A stretch of DNA of 64,000 nt from contig MU008203.1 in assembly GCA_010909165.1 (NCBI GenBank), positions 310,001 to 374,000 of the forward strand, in the 5' to 3' direction. The notes under the pieces were generated by a model, which saw only the letters and a list, made by a program, of their open reading frames with translations, was not told the DNA's origin and ran no database searches. The position numbers and the translations under genes were made by a program. Position 1 is the first letter of the stretch; every line of letters begins with the position of its first letter. Positions 39,500 to 53,160 of this stretch are shown piece by piece. The stretch comes from Anthoceros angustus. Lineage: Eukaryota; Plantae; Anthocerotophyta.

Positions 39500-42400
39500 T
39501 TTACAAGTACAGAGTATCTGAACCAAGTTGTTGATATAAAGTACGCTCACATCGTACGCCAACTTGATGCGAGTCGATGGCACTTGTGGTTGCTACACAA
39601 TTGTTGTAAAGGTTGCCGATTGTTGTGTCATGGCGGTGCACAAATGTCACAGAATCGGCAACCGCTATCCCCTCCTCCTGCATATCATGGTGAAGACGGA
39701 GAGCCTCCTGCCCCATGCCCAGCTGGGAATAAGCTGCAATTAGAGCAGTCCATGTCACCACCTCTTTTTGATCAAATTCGTTGAAAAGTGCCTCAGCACC
39801 TTCCAAGCTGCCACATTTCGCATACATGTTCACCAGACTGCTGACTATCAACACATCAGCCTGAAGTCCTTGTTCTCTAACTTGTGCATGAAGCTCCTTC
39901 CCCTTCTCCAAAGCTGGCCTGCCCACACTAGCACATACCTGCAGGAGGCACACAAATGTCACTGAATCAGATACAGCGATGCCTGGTTCTTGCATACCAC
40001 TGTAGAGACAAAGTGCTTCCTGCCCCAGGCCCTGCTGGGAATACCCTGCAATTAGAGTGGTCCACGTCACAACCTCTTTTGAACCGAGTCCGTCAAACAG
40101 AGTCTGAGCATCCTCCATGCTGCCACACTTTGCATACATGTTCACCAAACTGCTGGCCACAAACACATCAGCTAGATATCCTCGTTCTCTAATTTGCAAA
40201 TCAAACTGCTTCCCCATCTCCAAAGTTGAAGTGCCCACGCTTGCACAAGCCTGCAGGAGACTTACAAATGTCACCGAATTAGGTACAGCAATGCCTTCTT
40301 CTCGCACAACATTGTAGAGACGAAGACCTTCCCGTCCCATGCCCTGTTGGGAGTACCCTGCAATGAGAGCAGTCCTCGTCACCACATCTTTTTCACCAAG
40401 TTCATCGAACACAGCCTGCGCATCTTCCAAGCTGCCACGCTTTCCATACATGTTCACCAAACTGCTTGCTACAAACCCATCGGCTTGATGTGCTCTTTAT
40501 CTGATTTGCTCATGAAGCTCCTTCCCCATGACAAGAGCTGAGGTGCTCACATTCGCACATGCCTGCAGCAGGCACACAAATGTCACACCATCCGGTACAG
40601 CCCCATGCCCCGCTGGGAGTACCCTGCAATGACAGCAGTCCATGTCACCACATCCTTTTCACCAAGCCCATCAAACACGCTCTGAGCATCCTCCAAGTTG
40701 CCACACTTGGCGTACATTTTCACCAAGGAAGCAGATACAAACAAATCAGGCTCAACGCCACTTGCCAGAACGTCAGCATGCACCTGGTGCCCGGTTATCA
40801 AATCCGACTCCCTGGCAGAAGCCTGATGGCCTGGCACAAACACACGGCCATCAGGTTTCACACTTGACCTGAGCATCCGATGATACAGTTCTATGGCCTG
40901 CCTGTCTTGCCCTTTTTGAAGATTCGCAGTAATTACAGCAGACCACGTGAAGACATCTGGTTCTGCAACGCCTGCAAATGGGAGCTTTGGTGCAGACAGA
41001 GTGTTGGATTCCTGTCTCTCTCTTCTGTGCTGTATTGAAGAAATGTGTGGTGGAGAAGGATCTCGTTCTGGGTCGCCTTGTCCATGCTTTGACAGTAAGA
41101 AGGGGGTATCAGTCCGACACGTTTCTGGGCACCCGTATTTTTCGAATGTATGCTTCCCATGGCAGGTTGCAAGACCAGTGAGCCGACCCTGCTGACAGAG
41201 CTTGCTCACAGTTTCAGCCGTCACGCCCCTTTCGTATCCAGCAAGCCCATGAGGGTCAGGACGACCCATCTTCCTATCCAGAGAAGCAAGCTGCGCATCC
41301 ACCCACTCTGGCTTATACAGACTGTTCAGCCAGAGCACCTCCCGGGAATCCCGATGGCGGAAGTCAGGCCAACGAGCCCTCCTTGCCTTGCCTGCAATCC
41401 CACCAACGTGCAGGATCCCGAAAGAGCTGCCGCCACAGGAACGCCTGCCGACGACTTTCGATGCACGATCCGTCTCCAGCTGTTGGACGGGCTGTCTTTC
41501 TTGCAAGGGTGCTGCACCTGGCTGCTTGGCTGCTTGTCAAGAGTTGGTTCCTTGGGGTCAGCTGGGCGGGACCTCTGACCAGAATACCTGCGAGAATGCT
41601 CCAGGCAGCCATAGCTTGCAGGTATGGGTGCAAGAGGCACCGACCCGTCGCTGGGCACTACTTGGGCAACCATCTATGGCGCACAAGAGGTCGGGAACTG
41701 GCGTCAGTAAATTGGAGATACACAGAAGCATCCACAACATTTCAGCATTACCTCCCGATCTGTACATGTGTTTCTGTCATGACACACCAGTAGTTTGCGA
41801 AGGTCAGCCCCCGGAGCAGCACACTTGATTCTCCGATTCTGGCCACAGCACAGTCGGTGCTGAAGTATGCTATCTCCAGTACCCATGCAGCATACAGCAA
41901 TGCTAGCAAGAATATGATGCTGATGCCAATCGGTGAGGTGTTAACTTCTGAACCTTGTACAATGCCGACGACTGACGACAGGGCATGATAATGCGCGGAG
42001 TAAAACATCTCCACGCAGTCGAGATATTTGGGAAAGAGATTGATAAGGTCATGCCGTGAAAATTGGAGAATCCTTCTTGAGGCATGCCTCGACATCTCAT
42101 GCAGGGCACAATCACAACGCGCTTCCTCTCCCATGCCCTGATGGGAATACCCTGCAATCATGGCATTTCACATCACCCACATCCTTTTGACCAAGTCCGT
42201 CGAACGCTTTCTGAGCATCCTCTAGTCTGCCACACTTTGCATACATGTTCGCCAAACAAACTGTTGGCTACTAACGCATCCAGCAAAGTTCAGGTTTCTA
42301 GCCATGTTGCTTTCAAGCAAACGTAACATTGACTGGAGAGTGGGTAGTTCTCGACATGTTGGTGACAGGGAACAGCCTACTCGGGAATAGCCTTAGTATA

Positions 42401-42780
42401 GTTGTGGTGGAGTGCTTGCTAGGATACTTGTTTCCACCCAAACCATCAGGGGTGATATCACCAACATCGGACACGAAAATCAGGTGGGCATTACAATTAT
42501 TGCTCACGTATTCAAACTCCCACAAAAGGGCTGTAGTAGTGCTAGCGTTACAATTTTGTAAGACGTGCTGGTGTTCAGTGGCCGCTTTACAAGTGCGGAT
42601 GGACTGTACGAACAATGTAGAACACTGCCCTGCACAACTCAGGACATCCACCATCTACAATGGTTCCCGGTAGCTTAATAGCACGTGTATGGTATATGAT
42701 GCAGCAAGAAGCGACGCCATGAGAGATGCTGAGACACTCACCCACTGAGACGCCAGAGCTCATCCGCAACAGATGCTGTG
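39500..42780 (-). pseudogene. Cluster of two or three decayed PLS-class PPR genes
   Basis: Repeated VASSLVNMYAKCGS.EDA...FD.L..K.VVTWTALIAGYSQQG motifs (ORFs 39501-40460 and 40583-41506), an N-terminal VSKLCQQGRL, and E-domain-like pieces near 41850-42100 and 42400-42700. Many frameshifts. Confidence 0.88.
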
Positions 42781-42785
42781 ACACT

Positions 42786-42975
42786 TATCAATAATCACAG
42801 ATCAGGCTGTATGTTCAATTACATCTCTTCAGTAGAATGTACAGAGTTGAGTTTTTATGGTGAAGCGGTGCCTTAGAAGTAACCGCTAAAGAAGTAACCG
42901 CTTAATCGAGTGAGTATCGTTTCGTGAACGCACGAACCGTGCCCTAATGTGTAGCATGTTAGGTATCTTTTAACA
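42786..42975 (-). repeat. 3' LTR of the copia element
   Basis: Alignable by eye with 47770-47959, with scattered substitutions and two indels, one a 13-bp internal duplication. Confidence 0.92.
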
Positions 42976-45900
42976 CTCCCACTTAGTGTGCGGGCATTAG
43001 ACGCATAAGTTTTAATGCTAGTCATTGCTAGCTCTTAGTTATTACTAGTAATTTCTGATAATCTCCTCAGGCCCATAGATGCGCAGTGTTGTTGGTGCTT
43101 CACCAAGCTAAGTGCCTTGGTCAGGATGTCCACCGTCATCTGCTCGGTCAGCCAATATAAAACTTCAAATTTACCATGCTTAACCACCTTTCGAATAAAG
43201 TGGAATTGAACCTCGATGTGTTTGGTACGCGCATGGAACTTGGGGTTGTAGGTGAGTGAGATGGTGCCCTGGTTGTCGCAGTAGAGAGGTCTTGGCAATT
43301 GTTGAGTTTCTCCTAGTGCTGAGAGCCGGAGAAGTTGCCATAACCCCTCCTTGCAAGCATGTGTTAAAGAGCAATATTCTGCTTCCGTAGAGCTCATAGC
43401 AATAACTTGTTGCCACTTACTGCTCCAACTTATGGTTGTCCCACCGAGCATGTATAAATAGCTACTGGTGCTCTTTCTGACACCCTTCTCCCCAGCCCAG
43501 TCAGCGTCACTAAATGCTTGAAGCTGGAGAGGCTCACCTCGCTTAGTGGATGATTGACATAGAAGTCCCATGTCGGATGTGGATCTAAGATATATGAAGA
43601 TCCGCTTAATGGCCTTCCAGTGTTCTTGTGTCGGAGAAGATAAGAACTGAGAGAGAGCGCTCTCACTAGAGTAGGGCACCTTGCTAGTGTCTGAGTCTTG
43701 ACTTGAGTCTTGCTCCGCCTTGATGAGCTTGAGGTTGACTTCCATTAGTGTAGATATGGATTTAGAGTCTAACATCTTGTACTTAACTAGAACCTCTTGA
43801 ATATATTTAGATTGATGTATCAATGTGCTTCTAGACTCCCTATGTCTAACTATTTGAATTCCTAGACAATAGGATAGTTCCGTGCATGTGGTCACAGCGA
43901 AACGTTTTGAAAGCATTGACCTAGTATTTTCTAGCATAAGATTGGATTTAGACATAAGTACTACGTCGTCTACGTATACGGCTAGTAAAATGAAATAACT
44001 GTCTGATCATGTTGCTATCAGAATCTAGCTTAGTAAATCCTAAGGAATCTATGGTCTCATCTAGTTTGGCATACCACTCCATAGCGCTCTGCTTTAAGTC
44101 GTAAAGTGCTTTTAGAATAAGCAAGCATTGTATAACCTACTATCGACCTTTATTCCTTCGGGTATCTCCATATATATGGTGTGTTGGAGATCACCATATA
44201 AGAAGGCGGTTTTTATGTCAAGTTGCATAAGTTCATAATCATGATGAGATGCTAGTGCTATAAGAGTTCTAAGTGAAGTGATCTTAAGCACTGGGCTAAA
44301 TGTCTCATCATAATCGAATCCGTGTTGTTGTAAGTAACCCTTGGCTACTAACCTAGCCTTATACCTTTCTATGCTGCCATCTGCATTCAATTTAATTTTA
44401 AATGTCCACTTAGATCCCACAAGTTTTCTACCTAGTGGTAAGGTAGTGAGGGTCCAAGTCTTATTAGCTTTGAAGGAATCTAATTCTGATTTAATTGCTA
44501 TTTTCCAGTTTTCCTTTTCTAGACATGTTATGGCTTCCTGATAATTAGCTGGTACAAATTGATCAATTGATGTGGATAAACAATAGGCTAAAGTGTTTTG
44601 GAGGTCTCTCCAGTTAGTGGGTGAGTACCTGCGGATCTGACCTGCATTGGAATGTCGAGAGCGTCTTCCTCTATTTTCGGGGTGTTTTGTGGTTGTGGTG
44701 GTTCCTCATCCATATCGTCGAAGTTTGTATCTTCGGGCTCAATAGCATCTTGCATATTTATAGGTTGGAAATTAGAGTTAGAATTATCAAAGTAGAGGTG
44801 CCTACTTGAATAAGTTGACAAGAATAAGTTGAGTTCGAGATATGTTTGCTCTGAGGGCCATCGCTCCTGCTAGGGCCTGAGGACGCTGATGCAGGTGAGG
44901 AGGCTGCAAGTTTGGCGATGTCGAGGTCGCCAAATTGGATGTCGTTGGAGGGCGATCCTCGCTGAGTGCCCTGGGCTGGTTGTGCAGGTGTAAGAGGAGG
45001 CTGCAGATGTTGAGGTATGGGTGGAAGCTGGGCTTGAATGGGAGCGGGGTCGGTGGGAGCAGGGAGGTCGACTGCGGCTTCATCTTCATCGCCTGGTATG
45101 TAAGGTGAAGTTTGTAATGCTCCCACTACAAGCAGTGACGGACATGTCCTCTAGGAAGGTTACATCCCGTGATTGTGTGACACGGTGAGTTTGAGGGTGC
45201 ATGATCTTGTAGCCTTTGATCCCGTCTGTGAAGCCTATGAAGATAAATCAACGGGCTCTATCATCTAGTTTTGTGCGAGTGGCTTTGGGGACATGTGTGT
45301 AGACAGTAGCTCCAAATACTCTGAGGTTGGATAGGTCTGGTTTGTGGCCTGTCCAGGCTTCATAAGGTGTCTGTTTTGGCAGTGCAGAAGTGAGCGACCT
45401 GTTGATCAGGTATACGGCATGTGACATAGCTTCTGGCCAGTAGGATTGAGATAAGTTGGCATGAATGAGCATGGTAAGGCCATGATCCTGCACTGTCCTG
45501 TTCATTCTTTTAGCGACTCCGTTCTGCTGAGAGGTATGTAGTGTTGTGATCTATCTCGTAATGCCGTGAGTGGTACAAAACTGCTGAAATACGTGGGAGT
45601 TGTATTCTCCTCCGCCGTCTGTACGTATACATAAAAGGTTTGCTCTAGTCTGTTTCTTGGCCCATGATTTGTACTCTTGTAAGCATTGCAGAGCTTGCTG
45701 CCTATGCTTAAGTAGGTAGAGTACGGTGAACCTGGTGAGATCATCGAAAATGGGCATAAAGTATAAATAAGCATGGATGGATCTCTTGAAGGGACCGCAG
45801 AGGTCTAAATGCACTAGTTGTAATTTGTTGGTGGCTCTGGTGGCAGGGCCCTTGGGGAAAGGAGTACGGTGGCTCTTCCCTAAAGTGCAGGCTTCACATG

Positions 45901-47769
45901 TACCGAAGTTGTTAGACCTTGGTAAGGGGAGTGCCAGTTGCTGCTGCTGTTGAAATTGTATCCTTCATTCGTTGAAGGAGCATGTGCCTGAGTCGGACAT
46001 GCCATAGATAGGACTGGTTTTGTTTCTGTGTACTAGCTGTGAGGGAAGAAACATGTGGAGTATATGTATTCAAATGATACAGATCATCGCTTCTTAAGTC
46101 TCCTGTGGCTAAGACTTTCCCTTGTGGTGACTAAATCATGCAGGGGCCTTGGCCAAAACAGATATAACATCCGGATTCATCTACCTTCCAAACAGAGAAT
46201 AGGTTTTTGGTTAATCCAGGTACATGGAGGACGTCTGAGATTTGTAGAGACGTCGATGGTTTTAGGGCCAATTGAACTGAACCATATCCCTGGATAGGGT
46301 GTTGTCCGTCATCTCCCAAGTTGACAAATTGTTTTGGATTAATGGGGTTCATGTCTGTAAAATATTCAATGTGTGGTGTCAAATGTTGTGACGCTCCTGA
46401 GTCGATGTACCAGGCATGGGATCCTTGGGCCGATAAACAGGAGGCTACTAGGGCTGATGCAGTCAAGGGTGAAGGAGGAGAGCTGCAGTGGGCAAGAAAG
46501 GCCTTCGAACAGCATTTCATTGTGAGGGCTAATTACCCTGTAGGGGATAAGTATCTTTGGTTGTGGTTGGCCATCCTTTTTCTGCACTCCTCGTATGTGT
46601 GTCGACTTTCTTCCATGTGGGGTTATAGGTGCCTTTGCCTTTGTAGGAAGCACCTCTCCCTCGGAAGCCTTGCCCTCTAAATGGTGGCCTGCCCCTGCCT
46701 CTAGATCTACCTCGGCCTGAGAAGAAGGCATTGATGTTTCTCCTGAACTTGATGTAGCTGCTAGTTTTCTGCGTGCTTCCTCTGTCAGCATAGAGCTGAT
46801 AACTTTATTGACCGTGAGTGGGGTTACTCCTTGCAGGGATTGTACCACCGTTACCCACGATTCTGGTAAAGTGGTTTAGAGGATTGCTGCTTGTAAATCC
46901 TTTGTCAAGGTAAAACCAGTAGATAGGAACTTTGTAATCCAGTTGCGATAAAGCATGACGTGATTGTCGATGGGGTCACCTTCTCCCATCCTCAGGCCGA
47001 AATAATTCTTCAAGGTATGCACAGTGTGCATAATGTCGTTAGAGGCATAGATTTCATGTAGTTGTGCCCAGGCTTGGGCTGCTGTTTCTACTCCAGAAAT
47101 TTGTTGTACATTGCCGTGTCTTATGGATTGCAGGATAACGTTTTTCGCATGATGATTTTTTTCTTCCCATTCTTCTTTTTGTGCCGCAGTGGCTCCGGAA
47201 CCAGGATGTGTTGTAATCACTAGTGGGTTGCCAATACCCCCGACATAAGCCCATAGTTTGCGTTCCTTTAATATATTAGTAATTCTGAATTTGCAAACAG
47301 CGAAATTGTGCTGCTGTCCGTCAAAATGGTCTTCTTTTGACAAACTGATTGAAGAGCTTGTCATTTTTTGGCTTATGTTTTGTATGTGTGCGTATAGGCT
47401 GATGGTGTTGTGCCTGTGTTGGTTACAGGCTTAGGATGGTGTGCCTCACAAGGTGATCTATCTGCAATCTCATGGTAATAGAGATCAAGTATTTTGATGG
47501 ATCAACGAGGCCTCGCAGCTGCAGCTCTTCTGCGATTAGCAGGAGCACTGAGCAGGTGCGGAACCAAGCGTAGTGGAGAAGATTCTCATTGTCTTCCTTA
47601 AGAAGAGTTGTTCTCTATTATTTCTGGCAATTTCTTATTGTTTGCTCTTCTTTCGGCCCTTGCTTGGAGATGGCATCGTCTCTGGTAGCTTGGCATTGTT
47701 GCCAAGTTTATTTCTCATTATTATTGTTTAAGAGAGTCAGGGCTATGGGAGCGCCCTGCTCTAATACCA

Positions 47770-47959
47770 TATCAATAATCACAGATTAGGATTAACGCTC
47801 ATACGTGTGTGTGTTCAATTACATCTCTTGAGTAGAATGTACAAAGTTGAGTTCTTATGGTGATTCGGTGCTTTAGAAGTAACCGCTTACTCAAGTGAGT
47901 GTCGTTTCGTGAACGGCACGAATCGTGCCCTAATGCATAGCACGCTAGGTATCTTAACA
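47770..47959 (-). repeat. 5' LTR of the copia element
   Basis: Directly abuts the PBS. Reads TGTTAAGA...TTGATA on -. Confidence 0.92.
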
Positions 47960-47964
47960 ACACT

Positions 47965-48294
47965 CCCTTAGATGCCTGAACATTGTCCCTTGCAACGTGC
48001 TAGAATTCATAGATGAGGAAGGCCAAATAAGGCACCACTTGCTTCTGGAAATACTCCATCCTGCAATTGTTGCCGGAACATTTTCCAGATCAGCGGTGAT
48101 TGGAGGCAAGTTCTCCGGATCCACATCAAAAAGCCTAACTTTGCCACTAGTTTCAAGTCCGATCGCCTTGAATATGTTCCATCTTCTTCGAATGTGTCCT
48201 CACTCCAGGCTACAAGTTGATAAATCGGATCTTGATCAACTTCCCAAATAGTTTCCAGGTCAATCACAATCCATGACTTTGTAGATACCACATA
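47965..48294 (-). pseudogene. C-terminal part of an HRDIRW-type (Crinkler/FunK1-like) protein kinase, cut by the CACTA insertion
   Basis: YVVSTKSWIVIDLE...YSRRSDL continues HRDIRWQNIL(Y) in frame across the ATA TSD. Confidence 0.65.
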
Positions 48295-51200
48295 CACTAC
48301 TAGGAAAACGGGTCTTTTACTAGAGGCTATTTTTTAGAGCGAGGAGAGATTTCAGGCTAGTTTCGTTTTACAACGGGTGTTCATAGTTCAAGTATTATTT
48401 TCATGTATAGCCATTCGCTTTACTACAGAAGTTCTGGTATTTTACTATGGGGGGGATTTAGCCACGGGTTTTCCTTATGACATGGCATAACGAAAGCGCT
48501 TTTACAACGAGGGCTCTTTTGGGTTACAACACAAAACGATTTTAGCTAGGACTTTTCAAAATTAGATGTTCAGTTACTACGACTACTGTTGTAAAACCGC
48601 TCAAGTGTGGTTTACAACGATTAGGGTTTACAACGGATCATAGTGTGGTTACAACGGTGCGTGGTTTACAACGGGACGTTAGGTTTTACAATGGGGACGT
48701 TTACAACACAGGCATACAAACCTTACAACAACCAGCCGGTTACTAAGGAGGACATTAGTTTACAACGAGGGTCAAGGGTATTGGCACGATTTATTGGAAT
48801 GAGAGATGATGACTTTATTAGGAGACATTACACTCCGGCTCCTCGTTTGCATCGGTCATCAAAACCATTTCTAATGCCCATAACCAATGTGGCATTACAT
48901 GGTTCTTTTAATCCTAACTCTACAGGCTGATGCGGATGCGTGAGGGTCCCCGTTTGCGATGCACCGCCTCTCCCTCTCCAATTACTCGCTCAATTCCGTT
49001 CTTCTCAATGCCCATGCCTTTCCACCTCGCCACAAGAAGGTGGTAACTGGAAAGCCTAAGCCCATCCACCACCTCCCTTCCGAACATCCGATCACTGGGC
49101 AAACCTCTGCACCTCCTTATGCACGCGCTCTAGCTTGTCAAGGTGCTTATACACCAGCCGCATCGTGACGCCACAAGTACTTGTGAGAAAGGAGTCGCTT
49201 GTCAATTAGGATTGAGCCTCGTCGCCCCTCGAAAATCGGAATACCATGTCCAAAGGTTGAAAGCCATAGCTTGCTTCCCGCTCTTCACAACCGCATTCTC
49301 ACCGAAGCCTCGCCCAAACCAAGTGTCGACAAAGTGTTCTCAGTCCAGAGTTGCGAATTGCAGCAGCAAAATCAAAAGGCCAAGAAAGCAGCGTGCACAA
49401 ACTTCAGTGGCAAACCAGACAAATGCCCACAACCCGTAGGAAATAGCTTAGATTGCAAACCGCCTGAGGAATCGGTCACCAAGGCAAATCAGAAACCAAT
49501 GGAGTGCCTTGGAGGCTGTGCCTCCTTATATTGCCAATTGGGACAAATGGATGGCCGCCACGTGTCGGAAGGAATCGAGTTCAAATTGCCACATGTTGAA
49601 GTGCACCGGCCGGAAGTCATGTTCCGAAAATGACAAGTCCCAAAACTTGACATCAACTCGAGTGGTCAATCGGAATCCTTGACGAAATCTCTGACAAAAT
49701 GACAAAGTGTCCTTGATGAAATCTCTGACCGAATGAAAATGTGTCCGACTACCCATCACATGCATAAGTAGCACATGGGTTTAGTTTTCTATCAAAGACT
49801 ATGTGCCTCTGATACTTAAACCATGGAACCTTATAACCATGGTTTAAGAAGACCGATACCCAAGGACAAATCGATGCGAGTTCTTGGGTGTCGGATACTT
49901 CAACCCATTGGGTTTATAGTAGCTTGGTTTCAAACCCGGGTTAATCAGAACCTGGTTTCAACCCAAGGACACTTTCATTCAAAGTAATATGTCCTTGGGG
50001 TTTGGGGCCGGGGTCTCGGGAAACCCTGGTTTACCATATCAGGGTTTACCGAAACCCAAGGAAGTAATTGGCTATAAATGTTTGGAAATGCAGGCGGTAA
50101 TTACGTGCACCCAGAGGCCGTGTTCACATTACAAGATCACCATGCAAGCGATTTGGACTTGGAATACTAGCGGCAAAGTTGCACGGGATAGAACCTACCG
50201 TGTTCAAAAAACGATAAGTGTCATGAAACCTCATCTCCAGCAGTTCAGTAAGACGGGTTTACAGCGCGGGTGTTGCAAGACGGAACGACACATCAGCAGT
50301 CGCTGTGGTTCACAGACAGAGCTTTGTCAAGGTGAGGGGTAGGGGTTGTTTTTACTGTGTGTTCGTTGCAGCTTTGTTCTATTCATGCCTTCTGATCCAG
50401 AGCTCCTGTTCTTCACAACCAACAATGGGTTGCAGATGCCATTAGCCAGGAAGATTGCTTGTCGTGCCGAGAAGGACCCAGAGACACGGCGCCTGGCAAC
50501 GGCTGCCTTTTGCGCCGGGGATGCATATGTCGAGGCTACAGTGCGAGGGGATGGTGCATTGGACCCAACGCTTGTAAAGAATGTGAACTTGGCTACTAAG
50601 AACCATTTTAGGGCCCCAACACCGAAAGGCAAGTGGACGACGGTGAAGAAATCTTGGACGCAAGCACACGGCGAGGCAGCAGACCCAGAGCTGCCTTCAA
50701 CATACTCGGCATGGGAAGGATGGACGGCCTGCAAAGCGCGTGGCAAGGTGCAACAAAAGGACGGTCCACACACTAACTTGAGACTGTGGCATGGATAGGC
50801 TTGGGAGGGCAGCTCGAGGTGGGAGAGGACGGTCCAAGCGCATCAAGGGTGAGCCTGGCATGGTGTCTGCAGCACCACAAACCTGCGCCGCAAAAATCAG
50901 AGCAGAGGCAGGAGAGGGGTTTGACTGGGCTGCAGGCGAGCAAACACAGCATCCAGAAGATGATGACGACGACGAAGACTCCGCCGGTTTTCACAAGGAC
51001 CAGTGTGCACAATACCTCGATGCAGTTATTTATGATAACAACCCTAAACGCTCATGTAAGGTTGCTGGTGGGGACGGGGGACATCTCATAGCAACCCAAG
51101 ATGGCTTTGGGGTGTCTGATGCGTGGGCATTAGAAGACGCCCATTTAGTTGATAACATGGACCATCCCTTTGGGATGTCAAAGAGCGGTAAGGCACACAT

Positions 51201-52925
51201 GCCGGAATGGGTCTATGCCATGCAGGGACTGCCGGAATCTCCAAAGGCGATTGCTGATGAACACATTGCAAGTCCTGAGTCTGGGAACATTCTGATGTTG
51301 ATGTCCTTCTTGTGGAAAGCACAATTAGGTAGACCATATCTGGTCCATGGACGTTTCACTATGTTGTGGCTCAGATAGTGGCTCCGGGCTTGAGGCATTG
51401 GAAGAACAACTTGAGGAAGGAGGCTAGGCATTTCTTGAAGGGCAAGAAAGCCATACTGCGCCTAAGAGCCTTAAACGAGAGTATTGGGATGTTCTATTGA
51501 AACAAGAGAAGGACAAGCTAGACGGTGTCATTGCTCCTAGCCAACAGAAGCTCGCTGCCTTACAGCGAGGAAAAAATGTGGATAGTAAGCCATATTCATG
51601 CTTTGGGTTTGGAGGGCAAAAGCAATTCATGGACAGGTTCAAAGCCAAGTTTCATAGACAGGCCACCTTTGAAGAGATTAAGTATGTGGGTTCGAGGCAT
51701 GGAAACTGGCTGACAAAGCTTAGAGCTTATTGGAAGGAAAGTGAAACTGCAGCTCCATCTTTGGGTCCTCAAAAAGACTGTGACGGGAATTCGGATACAG
51801 TAATGCTGGAACCTCCGCATGAGGCAGATACACATGGGGGGAATGTGATGAAAAGGTGATGGAAGCAATCTTGCATAAGAAGGTCCGTGATGAAGGGTTC
51901 ATGGTGGAGCACCTTCTTCCCGAATCAAGGAAGGCTAAGGAAGCAACTTTAGCTCAGTTATTAGACTCCTACATCTAGTCAAACATTTTGTAGCCGAATG
52001 TACAAAGAATTGTTTCAGCCGATATCGTGATGGGATGTCTTCCGCAGATGGACTCGCTCTCAGCCCGCTTAGGCTGTGTGGTGGAGGCCAAGGACGTGAA
52101 TTCGTGAATTGTAGGATGTAGGCCATGTTGTGCCTTCTCCCCAAACAATTCGGAAATGGTTTACCTTCTTGCGCTTAGATTTGTATGCGATAAGTCGGTC
52201 CTAGTGGGGTTGTAGGTGACGCTTTTGTGCTGTAGGTGGATGTTTATACAAGAGACCTCCGTAGATTTACATCGAATCGGTTTTAGTTCACACACAACAC
52301 TTTTACAAAGGACCCTAATCCTAAACCCATTACTTTACAACGAGGTTCCATTACAATGGGTCGCTAAAGGGATAGTCCTTTACTACGAACCCTTTACAAC
52401 CGGGTTCTTTATAGTGGGTCGTAAAGGTTTAACACATTTACAACGACCCCTTTACATCAAGGTTTAAAAGTCCGCTAAAGAGACCGCACCTTGACAACGG
52501 ACATTTACAACAAGGTACGGCTTTATAGAGACCATTGAGTTTAATTAACCGTGGTTACTTAACACCAATCAAGATGGGGTCATGTAACAGCTTATTTAAT
52601 CCTAGTTAGTAAACTATAGTCAAGTAACCTTGATTACTTAACTATAATATATTAATTATGGTTAGTGAAGTTGTAAAACGTTGTAAGTGCATCGTAGTAT
52701 TGTTCTGAAAAGCGCCTGCTGTAAAGGTTACCACTATACGGACCACCCGCTAAGTCGCATAACGATACCAGACAATACCGTGATATATATAGGGTATAGC
52801 CATCGATAATTAGTCCTAATATTTACTACGGATATTACTAAGGTGTGTTTATTTACGAGGGTTTTACAACGACCTAATGAAGTCGTAGTAATTGCCGTTG
52901 TAAAAGACCCGTCTTCCTAGTAGTG
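48295..52925. mobile_element. CACTA (En/Spm) DNA transposon, apparently non-autonomous
   Basis: TIR CACTACTAGGAAAACGGGTCTTTTAC at 48295 and its near-perfect reverse complement ending at 52925. The 3-bp TSD ATA is at 48292-48294 and 52926-52928. Dense TTACAACG subterminal repeats at both ends. No TnpD/DDE motifs recognised. Confidence 0.93.
50346..51859 (+). other. Frameshifted unknown coding region inside the CACTA element
   Basis: Overlapping ORFs 50346-50798, 50791-51378 and 51497-51859 chain into one protein-like sequence with an acidic EDDDDDED tract and a helical-looking C-terminus. Family not recognised. Confidence 0.45.
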
Positions 52926-53160
52926 ATACAAAATGTTCTGCCACCGGATATCTCGATGTACGATACCGATTATATGCCACTCGATAATATCACAACACAT
53001 CGATAAACATGCAATTAACTCCAATCAAGTGATAGGAAACTTGTGTCTCCGGACCGCACACACAAGATACACATCATTATCAATAGAGGGCATTTTCTTC
53101 ACAACTATTTTGCTGCACCATAAGCTCTTGTTGAGAAACCTTCGTATGCATGGCAACCCA
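52926..53160 (-). pseudogene. Kinase catalytic-loop fragment (indel-rich copy)
   Basis: Homologous to 55957-56200; encodes GIVHRDIRWQNIL next to the TIR. Confidence 0.6.

Larger units (their letters stand above)
42786..47959 (-). mobile_element. Full-length degenerate Ty1/copia element with both LTRs and 5-bp TSD ACACT
   Basis: LTRs 42786-42975 and 47770-47959, ACACT on both flanks, PBS TGGTATTAGAGC at 47758-47769, PPT AAGTGGGAG next to 42975. Gag, WYIDSGASQH, HLDLCGP/TDGGGEY/QQNGVA, YKARLVAKG, YVDD and FSDADWAG/STEAEY/DILTKAL are all present. Confidence 0.95.

Noticed and set aside
40583-41506. 307-aa ORF as a novel N-terminal extension fused to PPR
   Set aside because: Its middle is the antisense of an inverted PPR motif; chimeric reading.
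47960-47975. CTCCCTTAG resembling the PPT of a second copia
   Set aside because: The adjacent sequence is the kinase relic, not RNaseH; the TSD explains the boundary.
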